Positions 1 through 9,656 of a stretch of DNA of 38,878 bases are shown here, in pieces (the stretch's first letter is position 1; the number at the start of each line of letters is the position of its first letter). Position numbers and translations under genes: made by a program. The notes beneath the pieces are model-generated. The model saw only the letters and a program-made list of their open reading frames with translations. It did not search any database and was not told the DNA's origin. Source of the DNA: Pseudidiomarina sp. (GTDB lineage Bacteria; Pseudomonadota; Gammaproteobacteria; Enterobacterales; Alteromonadaceae); contig DASSWH010000079.1 in the NCBI GenBank assembly GCA_035705175.1, positions 1 through 38,878 of the forward strand, written 5' to 3'.

Positions 1-1
1 T

Positions 2-370
2 GAATGGCAATTTATCCGTTCCAGTGGAGCTGGAGGACAAAACGTTAATAAAGTGTCGACCGCTGCACAGCTTATTTTCGATATCCGCGCCTCGTCTCTG
101 CCTGATTTTTATAAAGAGAGGCTGCTTGCGAAGGCGGACCACCGCATCACGGCAAGCGGCAAAGTCATTATCAAGTGTCAGGAAACGCGGAGTCAGTTAA
201 CCAACCGAGAACTCGCGTTAGAGCAGTTTATTGAACTCGTGAAAAGTGTTGGTCGCGTAGCGAAAAAACGCATTGCGACCAAGCCAACCAAAGCGAGCAA
301 AAAGCGTCGTATTGAGAGCAAAAAGAAGCGCGGCGATATTAAGTCCCTACGCAAAAAGCTACTCGATTAA
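2..370 (+). CDS. arfB: Alternative ribosome-rescue peptidyl-tRNA hydrolase ArfB/YaeJ (5'-truncated by window edge)
   Basis: Frame from nt 2 reads EWQFIRSSGAGGQNVNKVSTA (GGQ motif), then RSQLTNRE and a basic C-terminal tail (KKRIATKPTKASKKRR). Confidence 0.95.
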   Translation, partial: EWQFIRSSGAGGQNVNKVSTAAQLIFDIRASSLPDFYKERLLAKADHRITASGKVIIKCQETRSQLTNRELALEQFIELVKSVGRVAKKRIATKPTKASKKRRIESKKKRGDIKSLRKKLLD

Positions 371-371
371 G

Positions 372-2000
372 TTACTTGTTAGCGCCGGGATACCGAATCC
401 AAGCTTGATCGTTGAGTTTCAGAATGTACTGATCATTATAATCCATCACTTTGACATCCTTATTCTCCGCCACCCAAGCAGTGACCGGTAGCGAATCTGC
501 AATCGCGGCGGGGTCATACTTACCGCCCTGAAAAGGCTGTTGTTCGAGCACCCCAACTATCGCAGCAGCCACAGCACTCGGGCCTGTTGTACGAATAACT
601 CGTTGCGGTGGTAAGCGCTGATTATTCACTGCTTCACCGAACAGAGAGATAAGAACAGGGACATGTGTGAGCGCTGGACTCGGGATCTCACGTAAGCCAG
701 GTAACTGCAATTTATCGCCTCGTAATGCTGCACCATGTTCTGGAACAATGATAAGCAATACATTTCGATTGCTGGCGCGAATATCTGCTTGCAACTGAAG
801 GAGGTCATCAAGCAGTTGCTGAGCTCGCAAGCGGAAGCTCTCGAGACTATTTCCCGCAAAACCGGGCACCCGATTTCCGTCATGTAGGCTGGTGGTATTA
901 TAAAATCCGAGTCGCGGCTGTTGGCTATTAGGCTGTGCCGACACCCAGTCCGATAATATCGGGTAGTCGGCATAAATTGGCTGTTCATCAAAACCTGTCA
1001 TAGCTACGGGAGCATCCCCCAGCGGTACATCGTTGGCAGCGGGTAAGCCGCCGTGTTGATGGAGCTGCTGACGGAAGTTGTCAAACTCACCAGAGTGATT
1101 CATCAGTAACTCGGACCGAAAGCCATGCTCGGCTAATCGTTGTGGCAACAAGCATTCTGGTGCAGGTTCAAATAATTCATCATGTGGTGGGTGTCCGCAT
1201 TGAGCGCGTAACAAACGAAGAGCAGCCGGACCGGAATAGCTCGTTGCACTATTAAAATTATCCAGAACAATATCAGAGCGATTGAATACGGGATGCTGAT
1301 CAAGCCCCGCAACTTCCAAGTCATCCCATGAAAGAGAACAAATATTGACGACTAGAATATCGAAATCCGGTGTCAGTTGAACCGTCGCATTAAAGAGGAT
1401 TTCAGCTTGCTCCTCATAAAACTGTGTCAAGAACTCGTCTGGTGAGGATGGACGGCGTGCTCCCGGTACTGCATCTGCTGCGCCGGTGGGTAAATTCTCA
1501 ACAACCTGTAAGTCTTGTTGTGCGGCGGGAGAAAACCAGACCAAACTGAAAAGACCAAGAATTGCGATCATGGTCATCCGCAACGTCCGCGCCATGTAAA
1601 GATAGATGATCCAACTGACGATTAATACGGCAATATATTCGAACTGAATAATTCGTCCCGTCAGTTCCAATATATATTGCCAACTAAATGCACTGATTTG
1701 CTCCCATTGAGCGATCAACCGATTAAATGGTGGCAAATAACTCTCGTAGTAAAGCAGCGAAATACCTATAGGAATGGCGATAATTTGCCGAGCCACTTGT
1801 AACCAGGGGTATCGTAGTGGCAGTACTAAAACTGCGATGAGTGTAAAGTTATAGAGTAGTTCTACTTGTACAAAGTCAAAGTAGGCGAGGCCGACTTTGA
1901 CCAGAAAATAAAAGCTCCAACCACCCAAGCCTGGCCAATTGAAAACGGCGCGATTGAGTACTTGCTCTCGATGACGGATATAATAATTCGGTTGTTTCAT
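372..2000 (-). CDS. bcsG: Cellulose phosphoethanolamine transferase BcsG
   Basis: N-terminal WPGLGGWSFYFLVK membrane domain; NICSLSWDD, NFNSATSYSGPAALRLLRAQCG (catalytic Ser), LHDGNR, VPEHGAALRGD and REIPSP motifs. Confidence 0.95.
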   Translation of the reverse strand: MKQPNYYIRHREQVLNRAVFNWPGLGGWSFYFLVKVGLAYFDFVQVELLYNFTLIAVLVLPLRYPWLQVARQIIAIPIGISLLYYESYLPPFNRLIAQWEQISAFSWQYILELTGRIIQFEYIAVLIVSWIIYLYMARTLRMTMIAILGLFSLVWFSPAAQQDLQVVENLPTGAADAVPGARRPSSPDEFLTQFYEEQAEILFNATVQLTPDFDILVVNICSLSWDDLEVAGLDQHPVFNRSDIVLDNFNSATSYSGPAALRLLRAQCGHPPHDELFEPAPECLLPQRLAEHGFRSELLMNHSGEFDNFRQQLHQHGGLPAANDVPLGDAPVAMTGFDEQPIYADYPILSDWVSAQPNSQQPRLGFYNTTSLHDGNRVPGFAGNSLESFRLRAQQLLDDLLQLQADIRASNRNVLLIIVPEHGAALRGDKLQLPGLREIPSPALTHVPVLISLFGEAVNNQRLPPQRVIRTTGPSAVAAAIVGVLEQQPFQGGKYDPAAIADSLPVTAWVAENKDVKVMDYNDQYILKLNDQAWIRYPGANK

Positions 2001-2158
2001 GAACGGTTCACGCGTCGAATTCGCACGTAGCGATACTGAAAAATACGATTCATCACCCAGCTAAACGCTTTACGAACGGTGAATGACAACAAGAGTCCAG
2101 CAATCAAACCCAAGGTAAATACGAGTGTCAGCAATATACTTAATTGATCATCAGGCAT
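1997..2158 (-). CDS. bcsF: Cellulose biosynthesis small membrane protein BcsF (53 aa; start re-called from 2299 to ATG at 2158)
   Basis: MPDDQLSILLTLVFTLGLIAGLLLS: single TM plus basic tail ending RYVRIRR; AAGG RBS upstream; sits between bcsE and bcsG and overlaps the bcsG start (ATGA). Confidence 0.8.
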   Translation of the reverse strand: MPDDQLSILLTLVFTLGLIAGLLLSFTVRKAFSWVMNRIFQYRYVRIRRVNRS

Positions 2159-2168
2159 CGTTCTAACC

Positions 2169-3707
2169 TTACTGTAACCGAGCTGATTTGGCGGGTCGTG
2201 GGCCGGGGAAAAACCGGTCATAGGCTTCGCTATTGTGCTCAATCGTGACATCCGTACGGTTGAGTTGCTCACTAAAATCTGGAGTACGATGCTTCGCAAG
2301 GAGTTGATCTCGAGTCGTTTGCATTAAATATACAGAGTGCATACGTTCTTCTTCACGCAATAAGGTTTGCACCGGTAACCCAAACAGAAATGTTAACGCT
2401 CGCTCTGCATCTGCGGCTCGGCACGCAAACAAAAAGAAATAAACATACTGACCATCACTACTGGATAAGTCACCTTCGCGGCGATGTTTAAAAGCCTTGA
2501 GTATCTCAACGCAGGTCATCCCAGAACTCGGCTTTGCTTTGACCAAGGTGAAATCCACACCTTGTCTCTCGGCCAACTGTGAAAGAAACACAATTTGCTC
2601 AGCAAAGTCACTGATCTGCAGATATCCTTGCAGATGGGCGGGGACTAATTGGTCAGTCAATTCGTCAAAATGCTCTGGGAGGCGGCGGTTATAACGCCAG
2701 TCGACTGAGTTTTCGACGAGACTGACGACTTGGCTAAAACGCAAACCAAAAGGCAGGACCATAGTGGCGCCTGCTTGCATGAGAAGACGCTCGTCGTGAT
2801 GTCTGATTGCTTGATCGCGCTCACGAATGTACAAGCGCACGTAAGGACCACACACTTTACGTATTTCATAAACGTCGCGCAGCAGACGCTGCATCGTCTG
2901 ACCTCTGAAGTAACCAATAATCAAGGCGTCGTCACTCATTGGCGTCAAATGATCAAGCCATTCATCCGATTGATCCAACATGTACCACTCAATGGGTGCA
3001 ACATCGCTCCCATCAAGTGCGCCGTTCATATAGTAAACCGGAGCTTGTTCACTTTGCAGCGAATAATTCTCAGTATTGATCGTGGGCTCATCGACTACAG
3101 CAAAACGGCCTTCGGATTGCGCTTCTAGGCGCAGATTTCGTTGGATAACATGTGCGCCATCAAACCAATGACTGATGTCCCAGCGCCAATAAGGTTGGCC
3201 TTGGTAGATTGAACTCACGCTATGGCAATGGCATGCATTGGCGGCAAGAAAAGAGCGTAACTGCGGATCGTCGTTGTCACTATCAAGAATCAGCAGAAGA
3301 ATTTTCTGTTGATTTCGAGCCCAACGTCGAGCCGTCAGCAATCCACCTTGATTGAGCATGAAGTCAAGTAGCGCTGAGGATGACTGCGTGGTGAACTGCA
3401 TACAGATAACATCATAGCGGTTACCCAAACTCGATAATGCTCGGCCAAAGCCTTCATGACTGAATTGATTCGCTGGTTTCCACTCCGCCATGTCGCTACC
3501 TTTTCGACACGCCGACAAATCCAGTCGATGATTTTCAGGAAGATGGCTTTCTACCATGTACAGCAGACTTTGTTGCGCACAAACATGCCACACTAGTCGC
3601 GACAACCACTCCAGTTGCTCGACGACAACGAGATGCAGCTGGCCCGGCTCAATATCCGGAATCTGATGTTCGAGCCCGTCGATAAAGTTGTCGAACTCAA
3701 TACGCAT
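2169..3707 (-). CDS. bcsE: c-di-GMP-binding cellulose biosynthesis protein BcsE (GIL domain)
   Basis: 512 aa; IRHHDERLLMQAGATMVLP, RREGD (RxGD c-di-GMP site), YVYFFLFACR; first gene of bcsEFG. Confidence 0.9.
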   Translation of the reverse strand: MRIEFDNFIDGLEHQIPDIEPGQLHLVVVEQLEWLSRLVWHVCAQQSLLYMVESHLPENHRLDLSACRKGSDMAEWKPANQFSHEGFGRALSSLGNRYDVICMQFTTQSSSALLDFMLNQGGLLTARRWARNQQKILLLILDSDNDDPQLRSFLAANACHCHSVSSIYQGQPYWRWDISHWFDGAHVIQRNLRLEAQSEGRFAVVDEPTINTENYSLQSEQAPVYYMNGALDGSDVAPIEWYMLDQSDEWLDHLTPMSDDALIIGYFRGQTMQRLLRDVYEIRKVCGPYVRLYIRERDQAIRHHDERLLMQAGATMVLPFGLRFSQVVSLVENSVDWRYNRRLPEHFDELTDQLVPAHLQGYLQISDFAEQIVFLSQLAERQGVDFTLVKAKPSSGMTCVEILKAFKHRREGDLSSSDGQYVYFFLFACRAADAERALTFLFGLPVQTLLREEERMHSVYLMQTTRDQLLAKHRTPDFSEQLNRTDVTIEHNSEAYDRFFPGPRPAKSARLQ

Positions 3708-3860
3708 AAGCGGTACCTAAACGTTGTAATCCCGATGCTGAAAAGTCGCAATGTTCGGGTTTTCATCTAACCTTATTGTAACGGCATATTTAACTTTTTA
3801 AATAATTAATTCATACTGCAATATGAAACTGACGCAAATAGATACAAGCGAAAGACAACC
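3708..3860. promoter_or_regulatory. Divergent promoter region for bcsEFG and bcsRQABZC
   Basis: 153-nt gap between head-to-head operons with an AT-rich core (about 3785-3815). Exact promoter elements not resolved. Confidence 0.6.
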
Positions 3861-4061
3861 ATGAAATCGATCTGGCGAATTCATACCACAGCATCAACGG
3901 CCGAAGATATCCAACGGTTACAAACCCAAGTCAAGCGCCTAGCGGTTGAATACCACGAAGTTGTTGAAACTGACCGGATTCAATCAATTCGCAAACGGTG
4001 GCGTTTGTTTGCAGAGCCTGTTGCGCAGCAGGAACTTAATGGTGGGGCCGAATCTACATGA
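3861..4061 (+). CDS. bcsR: Cellulose biosynthesis protein BcsR (YhjR)
   Basis: 66 aa; EDIQRL...YHEV...RIQSIRKRWRLFAE resembles the BcsR RWPLLAE motif; ATGA overlap with bcsQ. Confidence 0.85.
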   Translation: MKSIWRIHTTASTAEDIQRLQTQVKRLAVEYHEVVETDRIQSIRKRWRLFAEPVAQQELNGGAEST

Positions 4062-4813
4062 AGTTGATTGCAGTGAAGGGGCTCTTTGGCGGCGCAGGAA
4101 CGACAACGATCACAGCAAATCTTGCGAATGCGATGCGCCGGCGAAAGCATCCTGTAGTCGCTCTCGATTTGTGTGCTACAAACAGTTTACGCCTTCATTT
4201 TGGTATGCCTATCGGTGACCCTCGCGGCTTATTTCGCTCAGGGCGACTGGTTGATGACTTGAGAGAGGCGGCCTTTGAGACAGACAATGGGTTGATTTAT
4301 TTGCCGCATGGTGAAATTGATGAACCGCTTGATCGAGCCGCTATCGACGGTATTCTGGGCGGACTCTACGAGCTGCTGCAGCGATTTGAGTCACCGCAAC
4401 AGCTGATTGTATTTATCGACGTGCCAAACTCAGAGTCGACCATTTTAAATTGGTTAACATCGCACGCTGAAATCATGCTTCATGTGCTGACGCCAGAACC
4501 TCGTGCTTATCCTGCTTTGCGTTACTTTTCTCGAATTACATGGCCACAGATCCAACACCAAGGCTTACGTCACTCATTGCTGCTGAATCAATGTGCACCG
4601 CATTTAGAGCTAAGTCGAGATATTGCGGACTTGTTGCGTCGTGAGTTGGACCCGCACTTGCTGGTTCCTAAGTTTATTCAACGTGATCAACATATCCCGG
4701 AAGCTTTGGCGACACAGCAAACAACGTTTGATTTTACGATAGGCGCACAAGCGAATGTAGAGTTCGCCGCTATTGCAGAATGGCTTGAAGAGCGACTCGA
4801 GGTTCTTGAGTGA
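4058..4813 (+). CDS. bcsQ: MinD/ParA-like cellulose ATPase BcsQ (YhjQ)
   Basis: Deviant Walker A GLFGGAGTTT, LDLCATNSLRLHFG, IQRDQHIPEALA. Confidence 0.93.
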   Translation: MKLIAVKGLFGGAGTTTITANLANAMRRRKHPVVALDLCATNSLRLHFGMPIGDPRGLFRSGRLVDDLREAAFETDNGLIYLPHGEIDEPLDRAAIDGILGGLYELLQRFESPQQLIVFIDVPNSESTILNWLTSHAEIMLHVLTPEPRAYPALRYFSRITWPQIQHQGLRHSLLLNQCAPHLELSRDIADLLRRELDPHLLVPKFIQRDQHIPEALATQQTTFDFTIGAQANVEFAAIAEWLEERLEVLE

Positions 4814-7401
4814 TGCGATGGTTTATGCAGTTGCGAGAACAATGGCGTGAAGTTCGGCGTAAACAGTCGCGCTTGTCGACGGCCTTTTATTTGTTCTGGC
4901 TGTATTTAGAAGTAGCCATGCTCAACTCACGTGCAAGTGAACAATTTGACCACGCTGATCAGCGATTACGGCTCAATTATTGGTTTCCGCATGTTAATTT
5001 TCAGCGACCGCGCTGGCTCGATCCTATCCGTTTGGCGTTGCAGGCGGTTTGGTTGCTGCTGTTCGAAACGCAACAAGAACGAGCCGATGGTTTAACGCAA
5101 CGAAATACCGATCGCACTTCGATTTTACAACGATTAAATCCCTGGCATCACCGGAGATTGGCTACTAAACCGGTGCAATTTGCCACGTCAGGTTTTGAAC
5201 GATTTTTTTCGACGTTACTTTCGCGTGAATGGATTCCCTCGCAGACGATACGGATCCTCATTACCGTTGGTGCAGCCTTGTTGGTGGCACTCGTTATCTC
5301 AATACCTATGGATGCGACCGATCAGGGCCTGATGTTGCTATTCTTCTGGGCGTTGGCGCTGTGGGTGCGCAATTTGCAAGGGCGCATTCCAATGCTGTTG
5401 ATGGTGTTGTTATCGGTCATTGTGAGCACGCGCTATTTGTTTTGGCGAGTGACTCAAACGATCAATTGGGATGTTCCATTCGACGCCGCCCTCGGTATTT
5501 TACTGCTTGTCGCCGAGTCGTACGCCTGGTTAATTTTGGTACTTGGCTATATTCAAACGGTGTGGCCACTGGAGCGGCGTGTTGCCCAATTGCCAGCTGA
5601 TTTGTCACTGTGGCCATCGGTTGATGTGTATATTCCCTCCTATAACGAACCGTTGAGCGTGGTGCGCAGTACCGTCGTTGCGGCAACCGCTATGGACTGG
5701 CCGAAGGACCGACTCAATATTTATGTATTGGATGATGGCAAACGACCTGATTTCAAAGAATTTTGCGAGGAAATTGGCGTTGGCTACATTGTCCGCGCAG
5801 ATAATAGCCATGCCAAAGCGGGAAACTTAAATCATGCGCTAACGATCACGGCAGGAGACTATATTACAATTTTTGATTGCGACCATATTCCGTCCCGTGG
5901 ATTTTTGCAGTTGACGGTGGGATGGTTCTTTCAAGACCCGAAATTAGCGCTGGTACAAACGCCTCACCACTTTTTCTCTGCGGATCCATTTGAGCGAAAT
6001 TTATCGGTATTCCGCAGTCGCCCCAATGAAGGTGAGTTGTTTTACGGGTTGATTCAAGATGGGAACGATATGTGGAACGCATCATTCTTTTGTGGCTCGT
6101 GCGCGATTTTGAAGCGAGGACCACTGGAAGAGGTTGGTGGTATTGCCGTTGAAACGGTAACAGAAGATGCGCATACAGCCCTTAAATTGCACCGACTCGG
6201 TTATAACTCCGCATACTTGAATATTCCCTTGGCGGCCGGACTTGCCACAGAGAGCTTGTCGGCGCATATCGGGCAACGGATTCGTTGGGCGCGTGGTATG
6301 GCGCAGATTTTCAGGCTTGACAATCCACTCCGCGGGAAAGGACTCAATTGGGGCCAACGGATTTGCTATGCGAATGCAATGTTGTACTTCTTGAATGGAA
6401 TCCCTCGTACCATTTTCCTATTGGCGCCTCTCGCATTCTTGTTGCTGCATAGCTACATCGTTTTTGCACCCGCGGTGATGATTGCTATGTATGCAATTCC
6501 GCATTTGATTCACGCGAATTTAGCAAACTCGCGTGCACAAGGTAACTATCGCCACTCTTTTTGGGCGGAAATGTACGAGACCGTCCTCGCTTGGTACATT
6601 CTGCGACCAACAACGGTGGCGTTGTTTGCTCCCAAGCATGGAAAGTTCAACGTAACGGCGAAGGGCGGTACCATTGAGAGAGACTATTTCGATCTGAATA
6701 TTTCTCTGCCCTATCTCATCTTGATTGGGCTCTCGCTGATTGGTGCAGGTTTTGGTGTTTATTCATTATTTTTCGGTCCGCGCGATGAATTACTGACGGT
6801 GACTCTCAATCTATTTTGGATTACCTATAACTTATTTATTTTAGGTGGAGCGTTGGCGGTGGCCGAGGAAGCGAAGCAGGTTCGCGCATCACATCGAATT
6901 CGGGTGGACCGTTCGATCAGTATTATGACCGCGAGTGAGCACAGTTATGCGGCAGAACTGATCGATTTTGCGAGTTCAGGAGCTGGCATCCGTTTCTATG
7001 ACGAGCTGCCATTAGCTCCAGGTGATTCGATTCATGTGGTAATGCATCATGGTACTACCCGCCATGGCTTTCCTGCGCGGGTGGTGAGTATGCGTGGATT
7101 AACTATAGGCGTGCGCTTCGAGTTTCCGGATAGTGCGGCGGAGCGCGCCTTTCTGCGCGCAACATTTGCTCGCGCAGATGCTTGGGTGGGTTGGCGATTC
7201 AATGAAACGAAAGATCAGCCCCTTTCGAGCTTACGTGAAATTTTAGGGATCGGTTTTCGGGGCTATCAAAACTTAGCGGTACGCTTGGCGCCGCCGTTAG
7301 CTCCGGTTCTTGGTTTGATCAATCGTGGATGGGGAGTCATCATGAGTGTACTCCCACAAGCTCCGGGTACAGGAGAGGAAGATGAATCACTGGGTGTGTA
7401 A
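4810..7401 (+). CDS. bcsA: Cellulose synthase catalytic subunit BcsA (GT2 plus PilZ)
   Basis: DDG, HAKAGNLN, DCD, QTPH, FFCGS, TED, QRIRW, FNVTAKG; PilZ RASHR. Confidence 0.98.
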   Translation: MMRWFMQLREQWREVRRKQSRLSTAFYLFWLYLEVAMLNSRASEQFDHADQRLRLNYWFPHVNFQRPRWLDPIRLALQAVWLLLFETQQERADGLTQRNTDRTSILQRLNPWHHRRLATKPVQFATSGFERFFSTLLSREWIPSQTIRILITVGAALLVALVISIPMDATDQGLMLLFFWALALWVRNLQGRIPMLLMVLLSVIVSTRYLFWRVTQTINWDVPFDAALGILLLVAESYAWLILVLGYIQTVWPLERRVAQLPADLSLWPSVDVYIPSYNEPLSVVRSTVVAATAMDWPKDRLNIYVLDDGKRPDFKEFCEEIGVGYIVRADNSHAKAGNLNHALTITAGDYITIFDCDHIPSRGFLQLTVGWFFQDPKLALVQTPHHFFSADPFERNLSVFRSRPNEGELFYGLIQDGNDMWNASFFCGSCAILKRGPLEEVGGIAVETVTEDAHTALKLHRLGYNSAYLNIPLAAGLATESLSAHIGQRIRWARGMAQIFRLDNPLRGKGLNWGQRICYANAMLYFLNGIPRTIFLLAPLAFLLLHSYIVFAPAVMIAMYAIPHLIHANLANSRAQGNYRHSFWAEMYETVLAWYILRPTTVALFAPKHGKFNVTAKGGTIERDYFDLNISLPYLILIGLSLIGAGFGVYSLFFGPRDELLTVTLNLFWITYNLFILGGALAVAEEAKQVRASHRIRVDRSISIMTASEHSYAAELIDFASSGAGIRFYDELPLAPGDSIHVVMHHGTTRHGFPARVVSMRGLTIGVRFEFPDSAAERAFLRATFARADAWVGWRFNETKDQPLSSLREILGIGFRGYQNLAVRLAPPLAPVLGLINRGWGVIMSVLPQAPGTGEEDESLGV

Positions 7402-9655
7402 ACAGGCAAGTACTTTTGCATGGGTAATGCTCACAGCACTATTGTTGGGATCCAGCGTGGGGCCTGTTACAGCGCAAGAGAGACAGATGGAAAATGAGCT
7501 CTCTGCGGTAGAACGATTTCGTCCCGTTAACGAATTACCTCAGTGGACAGAACGTTATGCGGTGGGAACGATGACCAGTCAAGCGCCATTGCGGATCAGT
7601 GGGGTAAACTCGCAAATGACAATTGGCTTCGGCGGTCGATTTGACCGTGTCGTGACCGGCGCCACCTTACGCTTAAACTATCAAACGTCACCAGCCATCA
7701 TTGATGTTGTCACGCAGGTACGGGTGCTGCTGAACAATGAAGTGACGGGCGTTATTCCGTTGCGAGCGAATGATGCAGGAACAAACCAATCTGTTACGTT
7801 GCGGTTAGATCCGCGGCTATTTGCGCAATATAATGAACTGCGCTTTGAATTACTTAGTGAGGTGAATGTCGGGCAGTGTACATCGGCTTCGCCATCAGCT
7901 TGGTTCGAAATACTGCGCAATAGCGAGCTTCAATTGGAGTATCAACAACTAAAAGTTGCTGATGAACTCGCCTATTTCCCTGAACCTTGGTTCGATAACA
8001 ATGATTTCGGTAGCGCATCATTACAATTTATTTTACCTCCACAGCCCGAATTGAAAGAAACTGAAGCTCTCGGCGTTATGGCGTCTTACTTCGGCATGCT
8101 GGCAGATTGGCGCGAACTGAAAATTGAAGTCTTGCGGATGCGACTTGATGAGCCTGAGTGGGATGAAGATTGGCGCTTACGTTGGCCCCGTCAGCATGCC
8201 ATCGTTATGCTAACCAATGAGGAAAGGCCATGGGCACTGCGCAATTATCCGCAGGTAGCAACGCCTCAAGTTGAGATCATCGATAACCCTGCCTATCCAA
8301 CATACAAATTACTGGTGTTGGCGGCGCCGGACGCTGCGACCTTGCGTGACGCAACGGCGACATTTGTAACAGGTAACCGCGGTTTGAGTGGTTCGAGCGC
8401 AACCATTAATCCAATGCCGCTGGAGCCCCGAGAGCCTTATGCGGCACCACGGTGGATTTCCATCGACCAACCCGTGCGATTCGCCGATTTAGTTGATCAT
8501 CCGAGTGAGTTAGAACGCAGTGCATCCAATCGCTCACCGATTCAGTTGGAGTTACGCTTGCCGCCCGATCTCTTCACCTGGCAGCAATACGGCATACCGA
8601 TCGACTTACGTTTTCGCTATACACCACCCATTGTTCGTGATGAGAGCCGCATGTTGGTTAGCGTAAATAATGAGTTTATTAAAGGCTTTACCATGACTGA
8701 GGCTGGTATGGAGAATGCCGAGGAACGCGTTCGCGTGCCGCTAATCGATGGTGGGTTATTTGCTGACAACAATGTGCAGATTCCATCATTCAAACTAGGT
8801 GCGATCAATCAATTGCAATTTGAGTTTAGCTTTGGCTCAGTCAGTGATGCCTGTCGGGTGATGCCCCTGCAGAATGCGCGAGGCGCAATCGATGGTAATT
8901 CACTTATCGATTTACGCGGGTATGATCATTACATTGCGTTGCCAGATGTCCACTTATTTGCGAAAACTGGATTCCCATTCTCGAAATATGATGATCTTTC
9001 GCGAACGCGAATTGTAGTTCCTGAAATGCTAACCGATGACATTGTTCAAACATTACTCTCGATTGTTGCAAAAATTAGTGCTGCAACAGGTTATCCCGCA
9101 ACGCAATTGACGGTCAGTACAGTTGCCGATATAGAGCCAAGTGCAGACCATGATTATTTAATTGTTGGCTCGACTACACTCAAAGAGTGGTTGGAACGTT
9201 TTGGCGACGACGCGTTGCAAGCTCAATTGCAAGGTCACGCACTGAGTGGTCAAGATAACCTACTGTATCAACCTGACCTGGCGTTACAGAATAGTGGACC
9301 CAGCGCTGCGGTGGTTGGATTCCAATCACCTTTCTCCACTCAACACTCGGTCATTGCCATCACTGCGACAACAGACTCTTATCTGGAACGTGTTCGAGCT
9401 GTATTCAATGACGCCAGTAGTACCGATCAGTTCAGCGGCTTCATGGCGGTACTAACACCGGCACGGGTCGATAGTTACGATACTATTCAGCCTTATTACG
9501 TTGGTAGTTTGTCGTGGTGGAAGCGGTTCACTTACCACCTCGCTCAGTATCCGATGGTAGTGACGTTGTTGGCATTATTCGCAGTATTAATTCTTGCCTT
9601 GAGCATTGTGCGAATCTTTCAACGCCGCGCACAACAGCGGGTCGTGAAGAAATAG
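7382..9655 (+). CDS. bcsB: Cellulose synthase periplasmic co-subunit BcsB (start probably ATG 7382)
   Basis: AGGAGAGG RBS before ATG 7382; signal peptide; FPEPWFD, PYAAPRW, LRLPPDLF, GFPFSKYDDLS, YYVGSLSWW and a C-terminal TM. Confidence 0.95.
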   Translation: MNHWVCKQASTFAWVMLTALLLGSSVGPVTAQERQMENELSAVERFRPVNELPQWTERYAVGTMTSQAPLRISGVNSQMTIGFGGRFDRVVTGATLRLNYQTSPAIIDVVTQVRVLLNNEVTGVIPLRANDAGTNQSVTLRLDPRLFAQYNELRFELLSEVNVGQCTSASPSAWFEILRNSELQLEYQQLKVADELAYFPEPWFDNNDFGSASLQFILPPQPELKETEALGVMASYFGMLADWRELKIEVLRMRLDEPEWDEDWRLRWPRQHAIVMLTNEERPWALRNYPQVATPQVEIIDNPAYPTYKLLVLAAPDAATLRDATATFVTGNRGLSGSSATINPMPLEPREPYAAPRWISIDQPVRFADLVDHPSELERSASNRSPIQLELRLPPDLFTWQQYGIPIDLRFRYTPPIVRDESRMLVSVNNEFIKGFTMTEAGMENAEERVRVPLIDGGLFADNNVQIPSFKLGAINQLQFEFSFGSVSDACRVMPLQNARGAIDGNSLIDLRGYDHYIALPDVHLFAKTGFPFSKYDDLSRTRIVVPEMLTDDIVQTLLSIVAKISAATGYPATQLTVSTVADIEPSADHDYLIVGSTTLKEWLERFGDDALQAQLQGHALSGQDNLLYQPDLALQNSGPSAAVVGFQSPFSTQHSVIAITATTDSYLERVRAVFNDASSTDQFSGFMAVLTPARVDSYDTIQPYYVGSLSWWKRFTYHLAQYPMVVTLLALFAVLILALSIVRIFQRRAQQRVVKK

Positions 9656-9656
9656 T

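Noticed and set aside
2159-2299. Listed 100-aa version of bcsF
   Set aside because: It overlaps bcsE by 131 nt. The ATG at 2158 has an RBS and gives the expected BcsF size.
3815-3860. GACGCAAA upstream of bcsR suggested a c-di-GMP-I riboswitch or a FleQ/FlrA box
   Set aside because: The GGCAAACC...GAAA...GG P2 stem and the P3 stem are absent, and only a half-site-like CTGAC is present.
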